Shown here piece by piece: positions 1 through 11,660 of a stretch of 64,000 nt of DNA. This DNA is from Dipteris shenzhenensis (lineage: Eukaryota): the NCBI GenBank assembly GCA_047967505.1, contig CM106538.1; one strand, given 5' to 3'. Below the pieces are notes generated by a model. It saw nothing but the letters and a program-made list of their open reading frames with translations, did not search any database and was not told the DNA's origin. The translations under genes and the position numbers were made by a program. The first letter of the stretch is position 1. Every line of letters starts with the position of its first letter.

Positions 1-2315
1 CCTCTGTCATCAAAGCGTAGTTGACCAAGTGTTCATGCACCCTTCTTTGCTCCTCTAATCTCTTGGACTGGCAGTGTTCGGATGGTTAATGGCTGGAGGT
101 TCTCTATCGTCCAAAGGCTACTTTACCCACTTCGGGAATGGCCATTGCCATTGTGGTTCTGCAGGCTGTTCTTCCTCTTCTTTATCTTGAATCCTCCCAA
201 GCACCGTTGGGGGAGTTCGGTCTGCTGTTGGTGGTTGTACTGGATGGATATCCTAGTCCTGGTTGTCTAGGAAGGAAGCATCCTCCTCCAATTGATGTGG
301 CTATTTTGAAAAGACCACATCGTGACTTACTATTACCTTCTTGGTAACAGGATTATAGAGACGGTAACCCTTCGCCTCTTCACCGTAGCCCAATAAAATA
401 CACTTTTGGCTCTTCGATTCCCATTTGGTCCTATTAGCATCAGGGACATGCACAAAAAAATCACATCCAAAAACTCTGAAATGTGCAGCAGAAGGTTTCT
501 TACTAGAAAAGGCTTATAGTGGAGTCATCCTATTCATAGCCTTCGTGTAGCTACAATTCAGAATGTAAAATACCGTGTTACATGCTTCAGCCCAGAAAGA
601 CTTTGGCAAATCTTTCCCTTCCATCATACTCCTGCCCATTTTGCAGATGACGTGCATCTTGTGCTCTGCTACTCCATTTTGCTGTGATGTATGTGGCAGG
701 GGTTTCTGCCTCTTGATCCCGTGACTTTTGTAGTAACTTTCGAATTCACTTGATGTGAACTCACCACCTCTATCTGATCTCAACTTCTTCACCTTCCTCC
801 CTATTTCTTTCTCGACCATTATATGCCATTCTTTGAACTTACTAAAAGCCTCATCTTTAGTCTTCAGGAAGTATATCCATATCCTTCTACTGTAGTCGTC
901 GATCAACATCATGAAGTAGTAGGAACTACCCAAAGCTTCTGTCTCCATCTTTCTGCAAAGGTCCATGTGAACGAGCTCTAGAGGAGCCTTTGCCCTACTG
1001 GCCTCTTTAGGAAAGGGCTGCCGATGCTGCTTGCCCATCATGCAATCTTTAGATACATCGGGCAGATCTGTAATTTTTGGTAGGTCTACAATCATTCCAC
1101 TTTTATGCATCTCCTTTAAAGAACTAAGGTTGAGATGACCAAACCTCTCATGCCATAGCTTAGTGTTGCTCACATTGGCTCGAGCACAGAAAGCTAAGAG
1201 TTTGTAGATGTTGTTGTGCTGTGTACCTTTACCAATGACCTTCCCTTGAAGATCCAAAATCTATGCACCATTCTTATCGAAGTGAACTTTGAGGTCCCAA
1301 TCCGTGATCGCAGAAATGGACAACAAGTTCCTCTTGATATCTGGCACATAAAGAACATCGGACAACTGTTTTACAACTCCATTTGACTTGAGAGCAATCA
1401 TATCTTTTCCTTTTTCTGGACATTTTGCATCATTGCCGACTGCTACCAGGATGTCATTCCCTATAGGATGTAGAGAGGTATATGAATCCTTTCGACTTGT
1501 CATGTGGCGCGATGCACCACTGTCAATAATCCAACGTTCATCTCCAGGTACATGAATTGCCTCCGTGCAATTCTCCTCAATTGCTACAAATAGCTCTACT
1601 GGTACTGCCTGTGCGCTGTTGTTGGACTCTTTCTTTACTCCCTTCTTCTCATCTGCAATCTTCTTCCAGCACTCATTCTGCGCTTGCCCTACCTTCTTGC
1701 AATAGAAGCACTTGATCTTCTTCTTTCTCTTTTTATCATCAGAAGAATATGGGTTACCAGAGTCCTTACCCTTACCTTTCTTTGATCCAGCCGAGAAAGC
1801 CGAATCTTCTCCAGTCCTCATCTTTTGACACATTTCCTCCTCCAGAAGCATCGTGTTGAAATCCTCAAAGTTGAGGGGTGTATTTCTATTCTGTGTATTC
1901 AGTGCCGTAACAAGACCATCGTACTTTGGTGGGAGAATCCGTATGCACCTTCGTACTAGATTCTCACTGGTTATGGTGATGCTAATCACAGTCATCTGAT
2001 TGCGCAGATTCTTCACCTTGGTCATGAACTTCTCTGCCGTTTTAGACTTAAACAGTTTCTTGTTCATGAGTTGAGTCTCCAGATTCTGAATCCGCGTGTG
2101 ATTCGTGGTCTCGTACTGATTTTTCAAGACCGTCCATGCCTCCTCTGTTGTGGTGACATGTTGAATTAACGCCATGACAGAATCACTGACACTGCAGACA
2201 ATAGGACACAATGCACCTGCATTTCTTGTTGTCCACGTGAGAATCTGATTTGTAGTTGGTACTATCTATTGTCTTGCATTAGCTAAATTAGGTCTCGCAA
2301 CCGGCTTCACGTCCA
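1..2315 (-). mobile_element. Truncated Ty1/Copia internal region (gag, protease, integrase), running off the left edge of the window
   Basis: ORF 1261-2211 has gag, a degenerate knuckle (CFYCKKVGQAQNEC) and protease WIIDSGASRHMT. ORF 514-1257 has GAG-pre-integrase WHERFGHLN and rve motifs LIDDYSR/LRSDRGGEF/QQNGVAE. An in-frame stop at 1261-1263 separates them. No LTR on the right; joined abruptly to Gypsy RNase H at ~2315. Confidence 0.9.
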
Positions 2316-2317
2316 CC

Positions 2318-4430
2318 CTAGTAGCAGTATCCCAAAGCTTGTATGCGCTCTCCCAACTTAACACGAGACATGTGATCGGCAATGTAGTGTTGGGCACCTT
2401 TGCGAACCACTATTTTGAAGTTGAATTCTTGAAGCAAGAGGAGCCATCTAATTATTCTTCCTATTGTACACAGACGGTTCATAAGATAAAGCAATGCTTG
2501 ATGGTCAGTGTAGAAGACAAAATCATTTTCTAGTAGATAATGTCGAAATTTCTTAACACTATACACAATTGCTAGGGCTTCTGTCTTTGTGGTGGTATAG
2601 TTGATCTTTGCATCATTGAGTTGTCAATTGGCAAAGTAGAATGGGTAGTCTTTCTTATGCTCACCAAGTTGACAAAGCACACTCCCAATTGCATACTTGG
2701 ATCCATTAGTATGAACATGAAAATCAATATCCCAATTGGGAGATATAAGGATGGGAGTTGTGATTAGGTGCCACTTTAAAAGCTCAAAGGCTTGGTCACA
2801 CTCCATAAGAATTCCATAAATAATTTGTAAAGTGGTCTGGCTATCATGGCATACCATAATATAAATATTCTATAGTAGTCGGCATGTCCCATAAAAACCT
2901 GTACACCTTTGGAATTTGTAGGAGGAGGCAATTCCATGATGTTTTTTATTTTGTCCATGTCAGTACTAATCGCATGTTGAGAAATGATGTGTCCCAAAAC
3001 AACTCCGTGGGTGACCATCACATGGAGGAGGTTGAAGAACTATGTTAGTCATCCAAGAACACCTGTAAAATCTTATTTAGAAATGACTTGAAAGCTATGA
3101 ACAGGACTCATTGGAATGGGGCAGGGGCATAACAAAGGTTGAATGGCACGACTCTATATGCAAAAATACCCCATTTTGTAGCAAATGCTATTTTTAATTG
3201 GTATTTAGGAGCAATTTGCACTTGGTCATAGCAACTGAAGCCATCCAAGAAGCTATATATTTTAAAACCTGCCACCTTTTCCAACACTATTTTTGTTAAA
3301 GGTCGGGGATAGTGATCCCTATTTGTGGCGGCATTCACATTGTTTAAGTTTATGCATATTTTGAGCTTCTTATTGCATTTAGGCATAATGAAGATGGGTT
3401 AAAGCCAATCAGTGTGCTCTATCTCATAGATGAATTTGGCATCTAGGAGTTTTTCCACCTCGTCACATAAACCATGGTGCCATACTTAGGATTTGTGCAA
3501 TAAAGTCCACATACCTTAGAGTGGGCACCTTCCCTTATAGGTATCGTGTGTACTGCCACGTCTGGTAAAATTCTTTCATCTCTTTGTATGACCATGTTAG
3601 GCAGTCACAGTATTCCATTAGGAGTGCTTTGAGTTTGGTTTCATCTTCCTGTCGAAGCTGTTTCCCAATGAAAACTAGTTTTTCTTCCTCCCCTTCAAGG
3701 GCGAGGTTTATTGTGCATGCTTTTGCTAAACCCTCATAGACTGGTCACTGGAGTTTCTCCAATGCGGTTGGTTTCTTGAACTTCAAATTCTCTTAGTGGT
3801 CTTGGCATTGCTATGGGGACACTACCACTTGTGTAATTTGGCACTTCTCAAAGATCAGCCTCTGATGGTGTTGAACTAGCTTGACATGTGCCATGTGTAC
3901 TGGGTGGCATAGTTTCATTAACCAATTTGTTAGGCTCTTTTTGACTTTCTTTTTCTGAAGGCTGTTTATCGAGCTTCATCCGCACATGTGGCTTATACTT
4001 CCAAAACTTCTTACGTTGGGAACTGTGGGGTAACGTATGCTCTAGGCACAAATTGTAGGCCGTGAGGTACTTTGCATCGGGGCATGGGTCTATGATTAAT
4101 GATATTGTTACCCTCCATGTCGAGTTCAATATCCCCATCAACGTCATCGCGACGATGGTGTTCGGCCATGTTGTGACATGGAGGAGTCAAAGGGATTTCT
4201 TGAATTTCAGGGGGGGGAATTGGGGTAGAGGACTATTGGAGGCGGTGGTTGTAGCGGAGTTATATGTGGATTTGGAAAGCGTTGGAGTCAGAGGCATTGG
4301 CTAGAGTGTAGCTACATGCAGATTGGGGAGAGTTACAAAGGGTGTCTCTTTTGCAAGTGCAGGTGTTGTAGTTGTGTTAGGAGGGTTAGCGGTGTTAGTA
4401 TTGTAGGAACCGTCATGTTAATAATGTGCC
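2318..4430 (-). pseudogene. pol: Degenerate Ty3/Gypsy pol (RT + RNase H) with upstream gag/protease-region remnants
   Basis: Fragments YSFLDGFSCYDQV..FAYRVVPFNLCYAPAPFQ (3108-3386), VLGHIIS (2776-3021), FHVHTNGSKYAIGSVL (2624-2857), TDHQALLYL..RWLLLLQEF (2318-2566). Many stops and frameshifts. Confidence 0.85.
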
Positions 4431-4770
4431 TAGGATTGTCCCACACGTGTAAGGAAATGTGCCGGTGCAAATGGATTGTCAATCAGAGGTCATGACATAT
4501 AGATATGAGCGAATTAGTGCAAAATGAGGCCCACACGAGGGTGCAAATTAGCGAGTGCTAGGGATGCCAAAATGGGGTGAAATGGGTTATAAAAATGCCT
4601 CATAATGTGATGTTTCCGTGTGTGAAATTGTGGTTCAAACACGGTCCAATTTGGATCTCAAACGGATGAGTTACGAGGGGTTAAAGAATAGGGAAAATGG
4701 ATCTTTTTTTGGCAGGGGGGTCTTGGTCTTAAGGTTTGGTATGAATGGACTTTAAGTCTAATTGAGAGGT

Positions 4771-4930
4771 AGTATCTAACCTAGCTCAGTTGACCTAATT
4801 GGCTTAGTTAATCTAACTAAACTAATTGTCTAGTTAGATGTCTAACAATTAGTATCTGACCTAGCTCAGTTGACCTAATTGGCCTAGTTAATCTAACTAA
4901 ACTAATTGTCTAGTTAGATGTCTAACAATT
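4771..4930. repeat. Tandem direct repeat, 2 x 80 bp, followed by TAAC/CTAA low-complexity sequence to ~5140
   Basis: agtatctaacctagctcagttgacc...tctaacaatt at 4771-4850 is repeated at 4851-4930 with 2 mismatches. Confidence 0.95.
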
Positions 4931-5154
4931 AGTCTAACCTAACCTAACTAGGGTTCAAACTGATTATAGTGAGCTAAACTAACCACAATTAGTTGAATCA
5001 AACTAACTTAACTATCCAGTTAGTCTAAGTATCAGTTAAACTAACCTAACTATAACTAACTAACCTAGAGTTAACCTAACTAACTTAGGTTAAATCTAGC
5101 CTAGCCTAGGTTAAAACTAACCTAAATAGGGTTAGGTTAGCTTTGTTTTTTTGT

Positions 5155-5628
5155 GTGGAGGTGGCGGACAGCGGTGACAGAGGCATTGGAGGGGGTGTTT
5201 GTTGTGAACGGGGGGAGGGGAGTGTGGAGTGGAGGGGAAGGAGGAGATGGAGGATGAGAGGGAGGAGAGGGAGGATGATAAGAGGGAGGGCGGAGTAGGA
5301 GGAGGCGGGGTTGGCAGAGGAGGAGGAGGCGAGGAGGAGTTGCAGCATTAGTCAGAGGAGGCATCATTGGCGAGGCGTGGTTGGCAGAGGAGGCCTTAAT
5401 AGGAGGCGTTGCAGGCAAGGCATGGCTGGCGGAGGAGGCCTTGATAGGAGGCAGGGGTGGCGAGGCGAGGCTGGTAGCTCTATGCGAGCTGCCACTGGCG
5501 ACATTACCTTGCAATAAGCAAGGGATTAGGCCCTTATTAAGGACTAAATCCCTTAGTTATTAGGTAGGGGCTAAAGCCCCTTAGGAGTAGACTAGGAAGA
5601 GGAGCGGACGGCTAGGGGGAGAAGGGGG

Positions 5629-5680
<52 letters not shown>

Positions 5681-5691
5681 AAGAGAGAGAA

Positions 5692-5739
<48 letters not shown>

Positions 5740-6120
5740 GGGGGGGGGGGGGGACGAGGGGGGGGGGGGGAAAGGGGGGGGTGGAATGGAGGGGGGAGAG
5801 GCGGGGTGGGGGGTGGAGAGGGGGGGAAGGGGGGGGAAATGAAGGGGGAAGGGGGGGGGTTGGGTGGGAATGGAGGGGGTGGGGGTGGGGGTGTGGAATG
5901 GAGGGGGGGCAGGGGGGGTGGAATGGAGGGGGGGGGGGAGATGGAAGGTTGGTGGAGAGGGCGGTGGTGGGGGTGGGGGTAGGGATGGAGGGGGGTGGGG
6001 GTGGAGGGGGTGGTGGAGAGGGGGGTGGAGGGGGTGGGGGTGGGAGGGGAGGGGTGGTGGAGGGGGTGGAGAGGGAGGGGTGGGGGGGGAGGGGGGGGGA
6101 GGGGGAGGGGGGGGATGAAG
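5155..6120 (+). repeat. Polypurine / G-rich low-complexity tract with (GA)n microsatellites (~5632-5672, ~5695-5738) and dense G-runs
   Basis: Directly visible: dozens of G3-G14 runs between ~5740 and 6115. The Pro/Gly-rich ORFs here are compositional artefacts. Confidence 0.95.
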
Positions 6121-7115
6121 GAAACTTGACGGACATAGAACTTTGACGAAAATCCAAAAGGAGGAAGAGATGGTCACCTAAACGCTCTCCAAGTCTTTCT
6201 CGATGTAACGGGATTGTTGAGGGCGAATCGGGTGGATGGCTAGGTTATTGTTGCAAGAAGGGCTCAAAATAACTCACCTTATGACGATGGGAGTAGGATG
6301 GTAATCGATGGAGAGGGAGGAGTGTCTTGCGTAGGGCTCGGAATGGGGAAGAGGATGGAGGAAGATGTGAAAGAAGGAGAATAAGGGGGTGGAGTGGGTT
6401 TTTATAGGAAATGGGTGTAGGTTTAGGGTTAAACCCTAAACACTTCTTGAGCCGTAACTTTTCATGGTTAGCTCAGATCGCTCTTCTGTAAAAAGTTGAA
6501 ATGATCGAAATTGCAAGCTCTATGCATTCATGTCTCATACCTAGCCTGATTTTTTTATCAAGTGGCTTCTTTTTAAGAAATAAAGAAAATTTCTTAAGGT
6601 AGTAACCCAAGGTTGATGCTTGGGGTTGATATGTTTGGCTAAAGTTGGAAAAAATTTTACTCTCCTTGCCCTTGAGTGTTATGTTCGTGAAAGTTGGTAG
6701 TAGTTTGTTTGTTTTTACATATACCTGTGTATGTTTACCCATTACTTGACATGCTAGTCTCCCTGACAGCACCACCAAATGTTGGCTCTTTCCCACCGCT
6801 TCTGCAAGAAGAGAAAGGTATTCTCAATATGCAAGTTCCGAGGCTTTTTGCTACAGATATATCGGTGTGTTGTTGTTTGTAGTATAATTGTAGCTTAGGA
6901 CCTTGAGTTGTATTTTGGTGAGAGACATAGGCTTAAGTGTGGTAAGCAAACATAGTGCATGCATGTGTGAAAGGAACGTGCATCATCATGGTTGAGGTAA
7001 TGAAGCTTTTGCCTTCATTGGGGGTTGAAGGCTTTAGGAGGAGTTTAAGGCGTAGAGGGAGGTTCATGATTTGGAGAGAGGTTTCGGAGCTTAGAAGAGG
7101 TTCAAGGGTTAGAAG

Positions 7116-7372
7116 TGACAAACAATGAAGAGGGGAGAGGAGAAGAGTGGAGATGAGGAGAGAGGGCACAGCTAGAGAGCACACCACAAATGACTAACTC
7201 TACACTAGATTTAGTTGAAAAAATAGAATATATACAAACCCTTTTAGGGTTAGGGTTAGGGGATCTAACCCTTTCCTTTATAGCACTCTATAAGGTTAGT
7301 GCTATGCACATATGATCACGTGATGGTGCTATGCACACATGATCACATGATGTTAAGCGTGAACTCTCAACA
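7116..7372 (-). repeat. 3' LTR of Copia A
   Basis: Direct repeat of 14004-14260; adjacent PPT (ccttccctcaag on +). Confidence 0.97.
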
Positions 7373-7460
7373 CCTTCCCTCAAGATCAACATCATGAAGT
7401 AGGCCTTCCCTCAAGATGATGATTCTGGGGAATCAAAGAAGGACTGAGCATTACATTCCA

Positions 7461-10400
7461 TCACACCCCTTTAATGGGAATGTCCTTTCTCTGCGTCAAA
7501 CCAAGAGCTGGTCAGGATTTCTCGAATAGCTCTTTACCGAGTGGTTTGGTAAAGATGTCTGCAACATTTTCTTTGCTATCACAATGGTGCAGTGTGATGT
7601 CACCAAGTAACACTCTTTCTCTGATGAAGTGCTCTCTGACATCAATGTGCTCTGTCCTGGAGTGATATACTGGATTTTTGGCCAATGCTTGAGCCGATTG
7701 ATTATCACAGTATATTGTTGTTGGCTTTGACTCATCAAAGTAATCTATTTCTAACAATAGTCTTCTGAGCCATATAGCCTCACATGCATCTGTAGTGAGT
7801 GCTCTATATTTTTCTTCAGTGGAAGACAAAGAAACAGTTGGCTATTTGTTTGACAACCATGATATAGCAACTTGACCAAGGAAAAATGCATATCCCTGTC
7901 TTGATCTCCTGGTCTCATGATCTTCGGCATAGTCACTGTCACAGTATCCATGCAACTATGGATGACTTTCTCTGTATTCTAGACTCTTGTATCCCAAACT
8001 GTCTTGTATCTCTGATGTATCTCAAGACTATTTTGGCTGCATTCTAGTGAGACTGTTTTGGATGTGCCATAAACTGTGCTAGTGAGCTTATTGCATAACA
8101 AATATCTAGCCGTGTGATTGTCAGATATATAAGAGATCCGATGAGCTGCCTATAGTATCTATCATTGACTGTAGGCTTTTCTGAATCTTTAGTAAGTTTC
8201 AAACTTTGTTCCATGGGAGTGGCTGCAATCTTGCAATCTGCCATATGAAACTTCTTTAGGAGACTGTCAACATACTTGAGCTCTCATGAATGTGCTATCT
8301 GAATCTCTCTAGAACTCAATTCCAAGACAATAGTGTATAAGTCCAAGATCTTTCATGTCAAACTCTGCAGATAAGTCTTGTTTCAATTTTTTGATGAAGC
8401 TATCCTTGCTTCTTGTCACAATCAGATCATCTATGTACAAAAGTGCAATAGTAATGTCTTCCCCTTGAAGTTTGTATGATATGCATTGGACTTCATGTAT
8501 CCTAGATCAGCAAAATACTTGTCAATCAACTTCTGGGTGCTTGTTTTAAGCTGTACAGACTTTTCTTGAGATGGCAAACCTTATTCTCCTTTCGTGATTC
8601 AACATAACCTGTTGGTTGTTGCATGTAGACTTCCTCGTCTAGATAACCATTGAGAAATGCATTCTTGACATCGAGCTGATACACATTCCATTTGCTGAGT
8701 GTTGTTAGTGATATCAAGAACCGTATGGAATCCATCTTTGCTATTGGAGCATGTCTCATCATAGTTATGACCATATTGTTGTGCAAATCCTTTTGCAACT
8801 AGTCTGGCTTTGTATCTCTGAATGTTGCCATTTCGATTGTACTTCACTTTGTATACCCATTTATTTGCTATGGCCTTCTTTCCTGGTGGAAGGTTGCATA
8901 ATTCCCAAGTGTTATTTTTATACAAAGCATCCATTTCTTCATTCATAGCAGTTTGCCATTTTGGCTTGTCTACTGCATCTTCAAAGTACACTGGCTCTTC
9001 TGTAGCCATGATGGTAGTCATAAGAGCATAGTTGGTGTTTTCCACCTGAATTGCTTTGCCTTTTTAAGCATATGTAAATTTGCTAGAGGTCTGCTTTCCC
9101 TGGTAGATTGTCTGAGCTGCTATGGCTCTACTTAGGGTGTTGCTGGCAATTCTTGCTCTTCTTCATCAACCTGTTCTATAGATGACTGTGAAGTTGATGC
9201 TTCTATCTCCTGTATAGGTGAGGTTTTCCATTCTGATTCCTCATCAAAGATTACATCTCTGGAGATAATGACTTTGCGGTTGATGGGATCATACAATTTG
9301 TATGCTTTGCTTTCTTCACTGTAGCCAACCATGATGCATTTGCGTGACTTCGCATCCAATTTCCTGCGATGATCATCATGTATGTGGGCATATGCTATGC
9401 AACCAAATATGCGGAGATGCCCAATGTGTGGCTTATGTCCACTGAATGCTTCAGAAGGAGTCATACCGTGTATCGGTTTGGTAGGAAGTCGATTAAGCAA
9501 GTAGTTTGCTGTAGCTATTGCTTTTTCCCAATACTGATTTGGAAGATGCTTTTCACTAAGCATTGCTCTAGCAGTGTTTGCTAAAGTCCCATTCTTCCTT
9601 TTAGCTCTTGCATTCTACTGAGGAGTATTTGCACAGGTGAATTGTCTTCGAATGCCGTGATTTTTGCAAAAGTTTATGAATGCTAAAGACATGTATTCAC
9701 CTCCTCTGTCTGATCTCATGACCCTAATCTTTCTTCCTGTCTGGTTTTCTACCATGGCTTTGAATTCTTGAAATCTAGAAAACACTTCAGATTTCTCTTT
9801 CAAAAAGTAGACCCAACAATATCTGCTGTAGTCATCAATGAAAGTCAAGTAATAAAGTGAACCATTGATGCTGCGGGCCTAGGCATAACTCCATACATCT
9901 GTATGTATCAAATCAAGAATACCTCATGCATGAGAGGTACTTCTGACAAAGTTGGTTCGCTTTTGTTTGCCGAAGCAGCATGCTTCACAAACCTTTCCAA
10001 AAAACTGTAGCTTCAGAATCCCAATTGCCATATTCTGATTCCTGAGATCTAACAAGTACTTGAAGTTGACATGACCATATCTCTTGTGCCATTTTATAGA
10101 TAGTGGCATCTATTGCAGTTGAGCTGACATGGCATGCTTATCTGGTACTGTAGCTAGCATTCTGTATAAGTGTCCTTCCTTGATAGCTTTTGCTACTAGC
10201 TGACATCTTTTGGATTTCTCTCTGATGGTGCATTCATCACCGTCGAAGATGACTTTGTAATTGTGTTCCGTCATTTGACCTATTGACAAAAGGTTCTTGC
10301 TGAGCTTCGGAACATAGAGCACATCTTTGACCAATCCTTTAGTACCAGTAAAATTGTTCATAGGGATAATACCTGTCCCTTGAACTAGATTCGGTGTATT

Positions 10401-11660
10401 ATCTGCTGTGTAGATGACATTTTTCTGACCTTCTAATGGCTTCATTTCTATGAACCATTCCTGATGATTTGTCATACGAGATGATGCACCGCTGTCGATG
10501 TACTAAGGATCCTGTTCCACTTGGTCGACTTGATAGCTGTAATCCTCTTTGGGATTGAAATCAGTGTCTAGGTACACTGTATCAGCCTCATGCAATTCCT
10601 CGCTTGCAAGAAACATATTTCCATGTTCATTTGCAAAATGACTGTGACTCGAATGTCCACCACGATTACTGCTAGATTGACTACCTTGGTCGTACTGCTT
10701 CTTGTGGCAATCTCTTTCATAGTGTCCAAACTTGTGATAGTAGTTGCACTGGATGTTTGCCACATTGGTGGATGCATTCCCTCATCCTTGGAATCTTCCT
10801 CGGTTCGAATGATTTCCTCTTTGCTGATTCAGATGCTGTTGAGGATGATGCTGATGCTGATGTTGATGCTGACTTTGATTTTGTTGATGATGACCACTTT
10901 TTTGGTATGATCTACCTCTGCCTCTGCCTTTGCCTTTGCTTCTGTCTGAAGCTGTGAATGCCTGATCATTAGAATGACCTTTACGTGCTTGAATTGCTTG
11001 AAAACTGAGTTCTTCACCAAGTAGGACCGACTGAAGTTCTTCCAGTGTTGGAATTTGATGTTGGATGGCAATACTCTAGACTAGATTCTCGTATCCCTCT
11101 GCTAGTCCATTTAGAATGACTTGAACCATTTCTGCGGGGTTCATAGTCTCTCCTATTGCTGCAAGTTGATTGTTGTAGTCTTTTATGCGGAGTACATAAG
11201 CATGACCAGTTTCACTGCTGTTGTGGAAACTCTGGTTGATCTAGTTTCTCAGGGTGAGAATCTTGGATGTGCTCTTGGACTCGTAGAGAGCTGCGAACAT
11301 ATCCCATGCTTCTTTTGATGTCTTGACTGTGTTGAGCTATCCTAGCATGACATCTTGCACATTTTGCTTGATCAGGTGATAGGCATACTTGTCTTTCTTA
11401 TCCCATTCTGCTTGAGCTCGGGCAATGGTAGGATCTGCTACTGGTGCGGAAACTGTTTGTGTAGATGTACATCCCGTTGCTGGTGCTATGACAACAGATG
11501 GAGTAGAGCTATTATCGGCCAATGGTCTAGGTGTAGACCCATCGACATAGTCCCATTTGTCCTAAAGCACAAGAATGGTCTCCATTCGGTATTTCCATGT
11601 ACCATAATTGGAGTTGTCTAACTTAGCAGATGCCTCTAGATTGAGGATGCTAGTCGACAT
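7461..11660 (-). pseudogene. gag-pol: Copia A gag-pol (gag, zinc knuckle, PR, INT, RT, RNase H), disrupted
   Basis: CNYYHKFGHYERDC knuckle; MTNHQEWF after protease; [15 protein letters not shown] integrase; KWVYKVK..YKARLVAKGF and YQLDVKNAFLNG RT; CDNQSA..HIDVREHFIRE..ADIFTK RNase H. Split into many ORFs. Confidence 0.92.

Noticed and set aside
4771-4930. 80-bp repeat as CRISPR or RNA gene
   Set aside because: Only two abutting copies, no spacers, no recognisable RNA fold or family.
5106-6177. Pro-rich (extensin/formin-like) and Gly-rich ORFs
   Set aside because: They arise from G/C homopolymers and (GA)n, are open in several frames at once, and show no signal peptide or domain.
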